Shown: positions 20,512 through 31,343 of the stretch, piece after piece
Position numbering within the stretch: position 1 is the stretch's first letter
Layout: each line of letters starts with the position of its first letter
Source: Minisyncoccota bacterium
GTDB lineage: Bacteria; Patescibacteriota; Minisyncoccia; Phycocordibacterales; JAQTLZ01
Length of the DNA stretch: 64,000 bases
NCBI GenBank assembly: GCA_028714635.1
Contig: JAQTLZ010000001.1
Location: 173,272-237,271, forward strand
Reading direction: 5' to 3'
Made by a program: the position numbers and the translations under genes
The notes under the pieces: generated by a model
Seen by the model: the letters and a program-made list of their open reading frames with translations, nothing else
Database searches by the model: none
What the model was told of the DNA's origin: nothing

Positions 20512-21930
20512 TTAGTGAGCCGGTGTGGCTGCTTCTTCGGGCTTTGCGGAAGCGTCTGCCGACGTGTCCGCTTTTTCTTCCCCTTTGCCTCCTTTCTTTG
20601 AGGAAGATTTGTCGCCCTGAGGAGCTGGCACTGGATTGCTGCCACCCGATACTGGGAGTATGTATTTGCCACCGGTATCACCGAAAATCAAGGTTAAGCT
20701 ATTCAGATTTTTCGTCTCCGAAAGCTCTGAAAGTGCTTGATTAGCCAATACGTGCGCGGCTTCGGGGCTAATATTTGTCAGCGTCTTTGCATATTCAATA
20801 TCGCCAGCCACCTTGGCTTTATCCTTGGCCGCAGCGACTTCTGCTTCTGCCAAGCCCACCGCCAGCACTTCTGCCGCTTTGCCGCGAGCTAATTCAGTCT
20901 GCTCGTTTGCCTTGTGTATGGCAAGTTCCGCCGCCTCTTCGGCCTTTGCGGCGACATCGTCAGTCTCAAAGTCAAAGCGCGCAAGGTTATCGATATAAAT
21001 ATTTCCCTGCGTCTTTGTGAGCATTTCGTCGCGAACCTTCGCGAGAAATCCTTTGAAGATGCCGGCGTTTTCAATATCGGCATTTGCGCGAACTGTTTTC
21101 ACGCTTTTGTTCGCGACTACATCCTGGAAGGGCGCTCGCATGCCGGTTTCTAGGTCAACCATATAAGCTCCCGGAGGCAGTGTGTAGTAAAGAAGCTCCG
21201 CGCCACGTTCTGCTGTGTAGCTCGTCTTAACCCAGAAGTCCGATTTAATATTGGCTTTTCCCTCGATGTCTTTGAGGATGATAATCACGTATGTGTGATG
21301 GGGGATGTAGTTCAAAAGCTCGTTGTGGCTTTCGACCTGATCCCTCGGTGCCTCTTGGGTCGTCCCTTCCTTGCGGGCGCCATTCCACTGGACCCGGAAC
21401 CTTTTTTGATTTCCGAAAAGACCGATCCACCTCACCTTGTATTTTTTATAGAGGAACTCATCGAACCATTTGATAAATGGTCGTCTGAGAACTCCATAGT
21501 AATCCCAGAACGGATCATAATGCTCGTACGTCGGCTCTCCCGGAAGAAACTTTGCCAGTGTGTGGTCCTTTTCCCAAAGGGGGTTGAAATGCATCCCATC
21601 CGGCGTTCGCATACTGTACTTGTAATCGTAGAAAAAACCCTTCTCCTGGAAGATCTGCCGATGGCGCGACTGATTCAACTCTGCCACCACCGTCCCGCCT
21701 TCTACGGGAAGAGCGAAGAACTTCGCTTTCTTGTCGGGAATCGGCCTCTCTCCCGGTTTCGGTTTCGGCGGGGGTTGGTCCCTCGCTTTTTCCTTGATCC
21801 AGTTATTGACCCAGATCTCCAGCTTGCCGTAAAGCGTCGCGATTTCAAATGCCGCCCAAATGAACATTGCGACGATTCCGATGATTAGAACAACCGTTCC
21901 CGCTGACAAACCATTTGTGAAGATACCCAT
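20512..21930 (-). CDS. Divergent SPFH/flotillin-like membrane protein
   Basis: N-terminal TM; AEEAAE/ARGKAA/AEAEVAAAK coiled-coil tail; GAGGAG SD. Confidence 0.5.
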   Translation of the reverse strand: MGIFTNGLSAGTVVLIIGIVAMFIWAAFEIATLYGKLEIWVNNWIKEKARDQPPPKPKPGERPIPDKKAKFFALPVEGGTVVAELNQSRHRQIFQEKGFFYDYKYSMRTPDGMHFNPLWEKDHTLAKFLPGEPTYEHYDPFWDYYGVLRRPFIKWFDEFLYKKYKVRWIGLFGNQKRFRVQWNGARKEGTTQEAPRDQVESHNELLNYIPHHTYVIIILKDIEGKANIKSDFWVKTSYTAERGAELLYYTLPPGAYMVDLETGMRAPFQDVVANKSVKTVRANADIENAGIFKGFLAKVRDEMLTKTQGNIYIDNLARFDFETDDVAAKAEEAAELAIHKANEQTELARGKAAEVLAVGLAEAEVAAAKDKAKVAGDIEYAKTLTNISPEAAHVLANQALSELSETKNLNSLTLIFGDTGGKYILPVSGGSNPVPAPQGDKSSSKKGGKGEEKADTSADASAKPEEAATPAH

Positions 21931-22093
21931 GGCGTTACTCCTCTCATTTTGCTTGAACGTCAAAGAACCAACGCCACGGAAACCGCCGAGGCTACGGCCT
22001 TTTCTCTCTATAAAAGCGAGAAACAGTAGCTATTTATGGCATAAATTAAAAGAAAAGTCAATTTGACGAGAGGATGATTTTATTGGAATAAAA

Positions 22094-22316
22094 GGAGAGG
22101 ACTTGTCGGCTACGCCCGGTACTTTTCGATTTCGCTGAAGTCGGGGGAGAGAATCTTTCTCCTTACAGGAGCAGTACCCCGATTGGATTTTTTCTTCACT
22201 CGATAAAGCTAGAAAAAATGCTCAATCGGGCTTCAAGTCCTCTCCCGTAAGTGCCCTTTGGCACTTACTCCCGTGCCAAATTAAAAACTCCAGCAAAAGC
22301 TGGAGTTTTTAATTTG
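22094..22316. repeat. tRNA-associated structured element, copy A (downstream of tRNA-Leu TAG)
   Basis: TTACA-loop hairpin, CAGT, CCCGAT..ATCGGG core, and inverted copy of tRNA T-arm TTCAAGTCCTCTCCC. Confidence 0.75.
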
Positions 22317-22398
22317 TGCCGGGGAGAGGACTTGAACCTCCATGGATTACTCCGCTTGCTCCTAAGGCAAGTGCGTCTGCCAATTTCGCCACCCCGGC
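22317..22398 (-). tRNA. tRNA-Leu(TAG)
   Basis: GCCGGGGTGGCGAAATTGGCAGACGCA-CTTGC-CT-TAG-GA-GCAAG...GGTTCAAGTCC; long variable arm. Confidence 0.95.
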
Positions 22399-22416
22399 AT
22401 TTATATTTTTAACTAG

Positions 22417-22580
22417 GTGCGTCCACCTGGGATATCGGTCGTTACACGACCAGTATCCCCGATGGAGATTTTTTACGTTCGACTACGAACTTAAAAATCT
22501 GCTCATCGGGGCTTCGATCCCTTCCCGCAAAGCGCCCCGCGCTTTGCTTGGGCGCCTGAAAATTTCTTCAAAATTTTCTG
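22417..22580. repeat. tRNA-associated structured element, copy B (downstream of tRNA-Lys CTT)
   Basis: Core 22457-22511 matches copy C at 51/55 nt; inverted tRNA 3' end TTCGATCCCTTC..TGGGCGC. Confidence 0.85.
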
Positions 22581-22653
22581 TGCGCCCAGAAGGGATCGAA
22601 CCTTCGACCTTATCCTTAAGAGGGATCTGCTCTACCAGCTGAGCTATGGGCGC
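22581..22653 (-). tRNA. tRNA-Lys(CTT)
   Basis: GCGCCCATAGCTCAGCTGGTAGAGC..ATCC-CT-CTT-AA-GGAT..GGTTCGATCC. Confidence 0.93.
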
Positions 22654-22712
22654 ATTATTTAATTTTTTAAACAGGCTAAAATCTAACAGAATTTTGACTC
22701 TTCAGCAAATTG

Positions 22713-22798
22713 TGCCCAGGGCCGGACTCGAACCGGCATGCCTTTTAAGGGGCCGAGGATTTTAAGTCCTCTGCGTCTACCAATTTCGCCACCCGGGC
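22713..22798 (-). tRNA. tRNA-Leu(TAA)
   Basis: GCCCGGGTGGCGAAATTGGTAGACGCA-GAGGA-CT-TAA-AA-TCCTC. Confidence 0.95.
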
Positions 22799-22814
22799 AA
22801 TTATAAATTGACTG

Positions 22815-22886
22815 AGGCCACGGCGAGAATCGCACTCGCGTATAGAGATTTTGCAGATCTCTGCCTTACTACTTGGCTACGTGGCC
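22815..22886 (-). tRNA. tRNA-Cys(GCA)
   Basis: GGCCACGTAGCCAAG..GAGAT-CT-GCA-AA-ATCTC; U discriminator; T-loop TGCGATT. Confidence 0.9.
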
Positions 22887-22918
22887 GTATGAACACGACC
22901 CGTTTAGTGTAGCATTTT

Positions 22919-23245
22919 TTAGATTTTTTGCGACAGAGAATCTATTTTTTGGCGGTTCTTTTCTCCTTCATCGATTGCGAAATCAAATAAGGGCATTCGG
23001 CCGAGGGAAGTTTTTTCTCGCATGTATTCTTGAAACTCTTTTCGTTTTCGCTTTGCAAAAAGGAGCGCAGTTTCTTCTTTTTCTGTTGGGAAGGCGGTGA
23101 AGAAAATGGTCGCTTGTTTCCCGTCTGTTGAGAGCACTACCTTTGTGACAGTGAGAAGGGAAGCGCGAGTGGACTCTTGCGCGAGAAATTGCGCTGCCGC
23201 TTCTTTAATAATCGCTATGATTTTTTCGTCTCGAAATTCGGCCAT
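22919..23245 (-). CDS. rbfA: Ribosome-binding factor A
   Basis: Follows infB; LTVTKVVLSTD...RMPLFDFAIDEG. Confidence 0.8.
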   Translation of the reverse strand: MAEFRDEKIIAIIKEAAAQFLAQESTRASLLTVTKVVLSTDGKQATIFFTAFPTEKEETALLFAKRKRKEFQEYMREKTSLGRMPLFDFAIDEGEKNRQKIDSLSQKI

Positions 23246-23251
23246 GATTGT

Positions 23252-24754
23252 TTATTTCTCTACGACGTCAAAACATTCAACTCGGTCTCCCGGAGCGATC
23301 TCAATTTTTGCCTCAATATCAGCTCCGAATTCGTATCCTTCTCGTATTTCTGTCGCTTTGGCTTTCTGTTGCTGAAGTTCTTTGATGCGCCCACGCCCAA
23401 TTTCAACATCTCGGCGAAGGATTTTTACCTCTTTTCCCGTTTTTATTTCACCTGTTTCTACTTTGCCCCCAACAATTTGTCGGTCCTTGTTTCTCGAGAA
23501 TGTCTTTAGAATTTTTGCCCGGCCAGTCGCTTCTTCCGTCATTACTTTCGGTGTTCGTGTTTTTACAGTTTCTTCAAGGTACTCAACAAGTTTATATATG
23601 ATATCGAACATCTGCATTTGTACCCCAAGTCGCTCTCGAAGGCTCTCTGCTTGAGAATCGATCTTTACGCTGAAGCCGATGAGGATTGATCCCACACTTC
23701 CGTTTGCAACTTTCACATCGCTTTCAGAAATGGTTCCGATCCCGCATTGAATAATTTTTAATTTTACTTTTTCTTGAGGGATTTTGGAGATTTCACTTTG
23801 AATTGCTTCAAGACTTCCTGATACGTCTGCTTTTACGACGAGGGGAATTTCAAGTCTGTCAGTCGTTTCCTCTTTTTTCTCCGGAGTTGCATCTGCTTTT
23901 TCTTTGAATGCCAAAGCTAAACTTTCCGCCTCTTTTTTATTTTCTACGGTTTTGAAAAGCTCTCCAATTTGGGGCATTTCGCTCCAACCGATAATTTTTA
24001 CAGGAGAGGGAGCGGTAGCTTCAGTAATTTTCACACCAGCAAAATTTTCCATGATTCGTACGGGTGCTGTGCTTTTGCCGGAGACTACAAATGAGCCAGA
24101 CTTTAATGTGCCGTCAGTGAGGATGAGTGTTGCAGAAATTCCTTTTTTCGGATCAAGATTGCTTTCGAGGACTATTCCTTCTCCTGGTTTTGAGGTGTCT
24201 GTTTTCAATTCTTCCATTTCAGAAACGAGAAGCATCATATCGAGAAGCTCGGGCACGCCTTCGCCAGTTTTTGCGGAAATAGCAATGCAGGGAATAGAAC
24301 CTCCATACCCTTCGACATAGATCTCATTGGTTGCCATGCTCTGCTTCGCCATTTCTATATTTGCATTTGGTTTGTCGATTTTCGTAATTGCAACGATGAA
24401 AGGGATTTCCTCTGTTTGAATTGTTTTGAGTGCTTCAATAGTCTGCGCTTTTACGCCGTCTTCTGCAGAAACAACAAGCACGGCAATATCTGCCACGCGC
24501 ACTCCGCGAGAACGGATGCCTGTGAAAGCAGCGTGTCCGGGAGTATCGAGGAAAGTAATTTTGCTTTCTTTGCCGTCGGCAGTTTTATGGACGACTTCAT
24601 ACGCACCGACGTGCTGGGTAATGCCTCCGGCTTCTTTGTCTACGATATTTGATTTTCGAATGTAATCGAGGAGAGTTGATTTGCCGTGGTCAATATGACC
24701 CATTATTGCAATAACAGGCGGGCGAACTATCGTGTTGTTCTTTTCGGGCTTCAT
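23252..24754 (-). CDS. infB: Translation initiation factor IF-2 (short form)
   Basis: [20 protein letters not shown]; EAGGITQH; FLDTPGH. Confidence 0.97.
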   Translation of the reverse strand: MKPEKNNTIVRPPVIAIMGHIDHGKSTLLDYIRKSNIVDKEAGGITQHVGAYEVVHKTADGKESKITFLDTPGHAAFTGIRSRGVRVADIAVLVVSAEDGVKAQTIEALKTIQTEEIPFIVAITKIDKPNANIEMAKQSMATNEIYVEGYGGSIPCIAISAKTGEGVPELLDMMLLVSEMEELKTDTSKPGEGIVLESNLDPKKGISATLILTDGTLKSGSFVVSGKSTAPVRIMENFAGVKITEATAPSPVKIIGWSEMPQIGELFKTVENKKEAESLALAFKEKADATPEKKEETTDRLEIPLVVKADVSGSLEAIQSEISKIPQEKVKLKIIQCGIGTISESDVKVANGSVGSILIGFSVKIDSQAESLRERLGVQMQMFDIIYKLVEYLEETVKTRTPKVMTEEATGRAKILKTFSRNKDRQIVGGKVETGEIKTGKEVKILRRDVEIGRGRIKELQQQKAKATEIREGYEFGADIEAKIEIAPGDRVECFDVVEK

Positions 24755-24939
24755 GGCAGATATTTAAGTGTTTTTTCGTCATCGCAATAGCGTTCACGTA
24801 TAGGAGGGAATTGTAACACCCCGTAGTGAATTTTGCCATTCCGAGTTCATTTTGCGCCTTTTGCGAGGCGCGATGGCAAAATCTACTACAGGGTACAAAA
24901 ATTGGGAAAATTGACAGGTCTTTGCTATATTGTGCGGCA

Positions 24940-26118
24940 ATGGTAAAAAAACGCATATATCTTGATTATGCCTCGACAACTCCTTTGGATAAGGAGGTTT
25001 TGAGAGCTATGAGGCCGTTTTTTTCGGAGAATTTTGAGAATCCTTCCTCTCTTTATGTGGAAGGAGTTTTTGCGAAAAAGGCTGTGATGGAGGCCAGGAA
25101 AATTATTGGGCATGAGCTTGGGGTGCGCGCGGAAGAAATTATCTTCACCTCTGGTGGTACCGAAGCAAATAATCTGGCGCTACTTGGGGTTTTTCGTTCT
25201 GCTAAGAAAAAAAATTCTCGTCCTCATATTGTTACAACGGCAATTGAACATCCTTCGATTCTCGAAGTCTGTAAACAAATCGAGCGCGAAGGGGGAGAGG
25301 TAACTTATGTTTCAGTTGGAGAAAATGGAATTGTAAATCCCAAGGATATTGCTAAGGCTCTTCGAAAAAATACGGTTTTTGTTTCTGTTATGTATGCAAA
25401 TAATGAAATTGGCACGATTCAACCCATTTCCGAAATCGCGAGAGTTATCAGAAATTTTAAAAAAGCTACAAGTGACAAGCTACCAGCTACAAGCTATCCA
25501 TTTTTCCATACTGACGCTTCGCAAGCGGCTAATTATTTGCCGCTCAAAGTTGATTCACTCGGGGTTTCGATGATGACGCTTGATGGTTCAAAAATATATG
25601 GCCCGAAAGGAGTCGGGGTTTTGTATAAGAGAAAAGAAGTTGCAATGGAGCCGATTCTTTTTGGTGGGGGACAAGAAGGGGGGATTCGTTCTGGGACTGA
25701 AAATGTCCCAGGGATTGTGGGGATGGGAAATGCAGTGGAGATTTGCGGGAAAATTCGTTTGCGCGAATTTTCCCGCCTCACAGTTTTGCGCGACTTTTTT
25801 ATTGCTGAAATTTTGAAAAAATTCCAGAAATCCTCGCCGAACGGCGACTTGGAAGCTCGGCTTCCTAATAACATAAATATTTGTTTTCCGGGGCTTGATG
25901 CAGAATTTGCCGTCATCAAACTCGATGAGGTGGGAATTGCCTGCGCATCGGCAAGTGCCTGCAACAATCTCTCCGAAAATCCTTCTTCGTATGTTATCGG
26001 AGCATTGCCGGGAAAAGATGGATGCAAGGGCTCGTCGCTCCGATTTACTCTGGGAAGAGGCACAACAAAAGCAGAACTTGATAAAGTTCTTAAAATTCTC
26101 CCAAAAATTTTAAATTGA
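24940..26118 (+). CDS. iscS: Cysteine desulfurase (IscS/NifS)
   Basis: IYLDYASTTP; FTSGGTEANN; KIYGPKG; SASAC; start MVKKR at 24940. Confidence 0.92.
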   Translation: MVKKRIYLDYASTTPLDKEVLRAMRPFFSENFENPSSLYVEGVFAKKAVMEARKIIGHELGVRAEEIIFTSGGTEANNLALLGVFRSAKKKNSRPHIVTTAIEHPSILEVCKQIEREGGEVTYVSVGENGIVNPKDIAKALRKNTVFVSVMYANNEIGTIQPISEIARVIRNFKKATSDKLPATSYPFFHTDASQAANYLPLKVDSLGVSMMTLDGSKIYGPKGVGVLYKRKEVAMEPILFGGGQEGGIRSGTENVPGIVGMGNAVEICGKIRLREFSRLTVLRDFFIAEILKKFQKSSPNGDLEARLPNNINICFPGLDAEFAVIKLDEVGIACASASACNNLSENPSSYVIGALPGKDGCKGSSLRFTLGRGTTKAELDKVLKILPKILN

Positions 26119-26164
26119 TTGTTTCTCTTTTTCGCATTAGTATTAAAGCTACAAGCTACCTAAA

Positions 26165-26980
26165 ATGGAGGAATTAACTAAATCACAAATTATCTTACTG
26201 ACGCTTCTCGTGAGTTTTATTACCTCTATCGCGACAGGAATCGTAACAGTTTCTCTTTTGGATCAGGCTCCACCGGGAGTTACCCAAACTATTAATAGAA
26301 TAGTTGAGAGAACAGTCGAGAAAGTTGTTCCGGGTCAACCCATCATTGTCACAAAAGAAGTTCCTGTAACCGACGAAGACCTGATCGTCTCCGCAGTGAA
26401 CCAGAATTCAAAAAGTCTTGTGGAGATAAAGGATGCGGACATCCCAGGCTTTTCACAGCTTGGAATTGTCGTTTCAAAGGATGGCATTATTCTTTCTGAC
26501 AGCGTCGCTTTTGACCCGAACAGAAAGTTGAGCGCAGTTTTTTCCGATGGGAAATCCTACCCAGTCCTCGCGATGCAGACGACAGGGAAAAGCGTATCAA
26601 TATTTAAAACTGGTGGTGATAGTATAAAAGATAAATATGTCTTCACTCCCGTAAAAATTTCTAATTCAGACACTATTCGTCTTGGACAAACAGTCATATC
26701 TTTGGGAGCAGGCGACGCGGGAAATGTTGTCGGTGTCGGAGTGATTTCTGGCATTTCCTTGATGAACAATCCCGATACGGAGAAAGCAAAAACAGTGCCC
26801 CAAATTCCTTCACTTATAAAAACAAATTTGAATGCGGGAGATCCGGCTTCCGGATACTACCTTTTAAATCTTTCCGGAGAAATCATTGGTATTCATCTCT
26901 TGGGTGACGGTACTTCCTCGAGAAGCAGTTATACTCCGATAAACACAGTAAAGGGCGAGATTCCTCCTTCCTCTAACTAA
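26165..26980 (+). CDS. Trypsin-like (S1C/HtrA-like) protein with degenerate active site
   Basis: N-terminal TM; GIVVSKDGIIL; LGQTVISLG; LLNLSGEIIGI. Confidence 0.65.
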   Translation: MEELTKSQIILLTLLVSFITSIATGIVTVSLLDQAPPGVTQTINRIVERTVEKVVPGQPIIVTKEVPVTDEDLIVSAVNQNSKSLVEIKDADIPGFSQLGIVVSKDGIILSDSVAFDPNRKLSAVFSDGKSYPVLAMQTTGKSVSIFKTGGDSIKDKYVFTPVKISNSDTIRLGQTVISLGAGDAGNVVGVGVISGISLMNNPDTEKAKTVPQIPSLIKTNLNAGDPASGYYLLNLSGEIIGIHLLGDGTSSRSSYTPINTVKGEIPPSSN

Positions 26981-27126
26981 TTTTCCTCTGGTTTGCTTAG
27001 GAAAAGCGGTCAAAGTTGATTTGCTCTTTTTTCACTGTATAATGCAAGATAGGGAACGGTAAATTAAGAGTATTTGGAGCGTCTTATAGGTATATCAGGC
27101 AAATCTCTTAATAAATATATAATCTT

Positions 27127-29817
27127 ATGCCTCCATTCAATCATTTTACAACTAAAGCAAAGGAAGCGATTCGCCGGGCTCATGAGCTTGCTATTGAGCG
27201 CGGACAAAACCACGTGAATCCTCTCCATCTTCTCACTGCTCTTCTTCTCCAGGAAGAGAGTATGGTTGCGTCTATTCTCGACAAACTTGAGGTGGACACG
27301 CTTCTTCTCTCGGACTCCCTCATTGAAGCCATCGAAGGCCCGGAATCTGGAGCTGTTGTCGCTCCATCGTATCAGATCTATCTGACCCCAGAACTTGCGG
27401 AAGCGATCGAAAAATCTTCAAAAATTGCCGCAGGACTTAAGGATGAATTCGTTTCAACAGAACATCTTTTCATCGCTATCCTTGAAGTTCCTGGAAGCGC
27501 CCGAGAAATTCTTTCTAGATTTCGAATCGACAAAGAAGGCGTGCTACGCGTGCTCGAAGAACTTCGAAGCGCAAAAATTACCGATGTCAATCAGCCGAAG
27601 AAATTCAAATCACTTTCAAAATATACCCGAAGCCTTACGAAGCTTGCGAGAGAAAATAAACTTGATCCTGTGATTGGCCGAGATGCTGAAATTTCCCGCA
27701 TCATCCAAATCCTTTCCCGTCGAACCAAAAATAACCCGATGCTTATCGGCGAGGCAGGTGTGGGAAAGACAGCTATTGCAGAAGGACTTGCGAGTCGAAT
27801 GGCGCTCGGAGATGTTCCCGAGTCTCTCAAAGACAAAGAGCTCGTCTCGCTTGACCTCGGTTCTCTCATTGCCGGAACAAAATATCGCGGAGAATTCGAA
27901 GAGCGTCTCAAAAATATTATTAAAGAAGTGGAACGTTCCGAAGGCAGAATTATTCTTTTCATTGATGAGATTCATACTATCGTCGGTGCCGGAGCTGCAG
28001 AAGGCTCGATGGACGCATCAAACATGCTAAAGCCTGCGCTTGCTCGCGGAGAGCTTCGTGCGATCGGCGCGACAACGCTTAAAGAATATTCTCGGCACAT
28101 AGAAAAAGATCCTGCGCTTACAAGACGCTTTCAGCCCGTGCACGTAAGCGAACCGTCTATTGAAGACGCTATCGCAATTCTTCGGGGACTCAAAGAAAAA
28201 TACGAACTTTTCCATGGCGTTCGTATTACCGACGATGCGATCATCGCTGCAGTAAATCTTTCAAGCCGGTATATTAGCGACAGATTTTTGCCTGATAAAG
28301 CAGTAGATCTTATTGATGAGGCTGCATCTTCGCTCAAAATTTCTCTGGAAGATATGCCCCCAGTTCTTGAAGAAACCCACCGAAAAGTGATGCGTCTTGA
28401 AATTGAAAAAGAAGCTCTGAAAAAAGAGGCTGAAACATCAAAGATCGCAAAATCTCGCGTGGCTAAAATTCAAAAAGAGATCGCTGATCTGAAAGAAAAG
28501 ACGGCGGAGATCGAACTCAAATGGAAAAACGAGAAAGAAACCATTTCTGAAATCAAAACAATTAAGAAAGAACTCGAAAGTCTTCGTATGGAAGGAGAAA
28601 GTGCAGAAGCGCATTCGGATCTTTCAAAGGCAGCGGAAATCCGTTATGGGAAAATTCCTGAATTTGAAAAAGAACTTGAAGTAAAAGTGAAGAGACTTAA
28701 GAAATTACAGAGTTCCCGCCGAATTTTGAAGGAAGAAATTATTGAAAATGACATAGCGGGCATTGTTTCGAAATGGACGGGAATTCCTGTGACTCGAATG
28801 CTCGAAGAGGAGGCCGGCAAGCTTGCCCGAATGGAGGAGGAACTCAAATCGAGAATTAAGGGACAGGATGAGGCGGTAAGAAAGATCTCTGATGCGGTGA
28901 AGCGTTCTCGTGTTGGAGTCGCAGATCCGAATCGTCCGATCGGCTCATTCATTTTCCTCGGTCCTACTGGAGTTGGAAAGACAGAGCTTACGAAATCGCT
29001 TGCGAAATTTATGTTCGACGATGAGAAAGCTCTCATCCGAGTGGACATGTCTGAATTTATGGAGAAACATTCTGTCTCAAAGATCATCGGTTCGCCTCCA
29101 GGCTATGTAGGACATGAGGAGGGGGGAGGTGTTACGGAGATGGTGCGACACCGGCCATATTCAATTCTTCTTTTTGATGAGATCGAGAAAGCTCACCCGG
29201 AAGTGTTCAACATTCTTCTTCAGGTTCTTGATAATGGAAGACTTACTGATGCAAAGGGTCGTGTGGTAAATTTCAAAAATACGATTATCGTATTAACTTC
29301 GAATATTGGCGCAAATTACATTGATAAGATGCAGAAGATCGGTTTTAGTTCTGGAAACGCAAAGAGCGACTATCAGGAGATCAAATCAAAAGTACAAGGA
29401 GCGCTCAAAGATCATTTCCGACCGGAATTTTTGAACCGTCTCGATGATGTTATCGTCTTTGATATTTTGAGCGAAGAAGCTATCAAAGAAATCGTGGATA
29501 TTCAGATCGGAGTTGTGAAAGACAGGCTTGTTTCGAAGGAAATCAAGCTCGATGTGGGCGAAGATGTGCTCACATACTTGGCGAAGGAAGGTTACAATCC
29601 GCAATACGGTGCTCGGCCTTTGAAACGCCTTATTCAGGACAAACTTATGACGCCAGTCGCAAATCTTATGATTTCCCGTGGGGTTATGAAAGGCGGAGAG
29701 GTGTATGTCGGAATGAAAGGAAAAGAATTTATTTTTGAAGTGAAAAAAGTTGGCCGACGCGAAAAGAAAAGCGTTGTCTCTGATATTCAGATTTCTAAGG
29801 GTGAGGGGGTGAAGTAA
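27127..29817 (+). CDS. clpB: ATP-dependent chaperone ClpB
   Basis: Two AAA+ modules ([16 protein letters not shown]) and a long coiled-coil middle domain. Confidence 0.92.
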   Translation: MPPFNHFTTKAKEAIRRAHELAIERGQNHVNPLHLLTALLLQEESMVASILDKLEVDTLLLSDSLIEAIEGPESGAVVAPSYQIYLTPELAEAIEKSSKIAAGLKDEFVSTEHLFIAILEVPGSAREILSRFRIDKEGVLRVLEELRSAKITDVNQPKKFKSLSKYTRSLTKLARENKLDPVIGRDAEISRIIQILSRRTKNNPMLIGEAGVGKTAIAEGLASRMALGDVPESLKDKELVSLDLGSLIAGTKYRGEFEERLKNIIKEVERSEGRIILFIDEIHTIVGAGAAEGSMDASNMLKPALARGELRAIGATTLKEYSRHIEKDPALTRRFQPVHVSEPSIEDAIAILRGLKEKYELFHGVRITDDAIIAAVNLSSRYISDRFLPDKAVDLIDEAASSLKISLEDMPPVLEETHRKVMRLEIEKEALKKEAETSKIAKSRVAKIQKEIADLKEKTAEIELKWKNEKETISEIKTIKKELESLRMEGESAEAHSDLSKAAEIRYGKIPEFEKELEVKVKRLKKLQSSRRILKEEIIENDIAGIVSKWTGIPVTRMLEEEAGKLARMEEELKSRIKGQDEAVRKISDAVKRSRVGVADPNRPIGSFIFLGPTGVGKTELTKSLAKFMFDDEKALIRVDMSEFMEKHSVSKIIGSPPGYVGHEEGGGVTEMVRHRPYSILLFDEIEKAHPEVFNILLQVLDNGRLTDAKGRVVNFKNTIIVLTSNIGANYIDKMQKIGFSSGNAKSDYQEIKSKVQGALKDHFRPEFLNRLDDVIVFDILSEEAIKEIVDIQIGVVKDRLVSKEIKLDVGEDVLTYLAKEGYNPQYGARPLKRLIQDKLMTPVANLMISRGVMKGGEVYVGMKGKEFIFEVKKVGRREKKSVVSDIQISKGEGVK

Positions 29818-29886
29818 CCAGAGAGATTCGGCTTTAAAAAAAGAAGCATCGCCGTCGCCGGAGATGCTTCCGATTATCCTGTCTCC

Positions 29887-30630
29887 TCACACCCCCGCAA
29901 CTTGCGCGTACAGCATACGATGTTGAACTTTTCCCACCAGATATTCGTGTGACCATTCTGGCTCGGAAAGTATGATTTCCTCCATCTGCTTGGCTAACCG
30001 CGCATGTTCTTCTTCGGCGACGCTGTGCAAACGGAAGAATTTCCCATCCGCCAACAGCCCAGTTTCGGCTAGCGCATGTACTTCGCCCATTGAGCCGTCT
30101 TCGTTGTCACTAACCGCTCCAAGCAAACGAAAGACAGAAGGTTTGGCGAGCAACGATTGGCAGAATGGCCACCACGGCAGATTCTTCTCAGTACCCCTTT
30201 CAAGGCGGAGAATCGCGGGGTGATCTTCGAGAAACACACTGCAATGATCTCCGCTAAGATCGGACATTTGCTCATCTTCGACAAGTTCTTGTCCACACGA
30301 GAGGTGGACAAATATCTTGCGTGCTTCCGCCAACTTCTTCGCTTTAGACCACTCCCGCTCAGTTCGAAGTGTTCCGATGGTTTGTTCGAGCAGGAAGAGC
30401 GTACGCGCCAAGATGAGTGGAAAGTACAACGGAACCGGCCAGAAGCCAATTCCCGGAATGTTTTTGAGATCTTCCGGAATTCGTTCCCGAGCTGCCAACG
30501 CCTTCACGCACTCGCCCATGAAATCCCCGGCAGACGTTCTGCCAAGCACGGCACAAAGTACGCTATTTTCAGCCGTCCTTAAATCCAATTGCCTTAAATC
30601 GCCGACATGAGAGAAAACCTTCTCATCCAT
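29887..30630 (-). CDS. Possible heme-oxygenase-like diiron protein (CADD/PqqC-like fold)
   Basis: EDEQ..GDH, DNE and FFRLHSVAEEEH ligand-like pattern. Confidence 0.45.
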   Translation of the reverse strand: MDEKVFSHVGDLRQLDLRTAENSVLCAVLGRTSAGDFMGECVKALAARERIPEDLKNIPGIGFWPVPLYFPLILARTLFLLEQTIGTLRTEREWSKAKKLAEARKIFVHLSCGQELVEDEQMSDLSGDHCSVFLEDHPAILRLERGTEKNLPWWPFCQSLLAKPSVFRLLGAVSDNEDGSMGEVHALAETGLLADGKFFRLHSVAEEEHARLAKQMEEIILSEPEWSHEYLVGKVQHRMLYAQVAGV

Positions 30631-30684
30631 GATGATTCCTCCAAACCAGGCCTAGTCCTTACTATTTCTACAATATCTCTGTGT

Positions 30685-31320
30685 TTATGTAAAGACCACC
30701 TTAGAAACTGAGTAATTTTGCATCCGGTAGTATTCCCATTTCAAATTTTTCGGAATTATTTTTTGGATTTCTATTTTCGGCATCTCACCCGTTTCAAAAT
30801 ATAATTTAGTTTTCCATTTTTTGGCAACGATAGAGGCGATCAGCTCTTCGTATGCTCCCAAAATTCCTTTGGGATGAAAAATTGCGATTTTCGGCTCGAA
30901 CTTAAGTTTTTCTGGCGAGTTACTTTTCAGCACGTACCTTTCATCTCCCCACGGAAGATTTGCAACTATGATATTGGGGGAAAAAATATCTAAATTATCT
31001 ACATAATTACCTGAGCTGCAGATTATATTTGCTGTTTTGTGTATTTTTACATTTTTGCGCGTAACCTTCAAAGCCTTCTCATCAATATCAACGGCGTAGA
31101 TTTTTGCACTCGGAAATTCCTTTGCAAGAGTAACAGCAATACAGCCTGAACCAGTACCAACATCGACAATCGATGACGGATTATTCGCTTCCTCTTTAAC
31201 AAGATTCACTAACTGCTCGGTTTCAATGGTTGGGATGTAAGCGCGTTCGTCAATATAAAATGTCTCACCGCAAAAATCGACTTTCTGTGTTTTGTATTCT
31301 TTTGGTTTGTCGTCGATCAT
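30685..31320 (-). CDS. HemK/PrmC-like SAM methyltransferase
   Basis: YIPTIETEQLV; VDVGTGSGCI; ANLPW. Confidence 0.75.
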   Translation of the reverse strand: MIDDKPKEYKTQKVDFCGETFYIDERAYIPTIETEQLVNLVKEEANNPSSIVDVGTGSGCIAVTLAKEFPSAKIYAVDIDEKALKVTRKNVKIHKTANIICSSGNYVDNLDIFSPNIIVANLPWGDERYVLKSNSPEKLKFEPKIAIFHPKGILGAYEELIASIVAKKWKTKLYFETGEMPKIEIQKIIPKNLKWEYYRMQNYSVSKVVFT

Positions 31321-31343
31321 TTTTCTAAAAATTAGAAAATTGT

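Noticed and set aside
22316-22642. ORF sharing PRWRFFTFDYELKNLLI with ORF 32827-33138
   Set aside because: Both are antisense to tRNAs. The shared peptide reflects the non-coding repeat core, whose changes are compensatory for base pairing.
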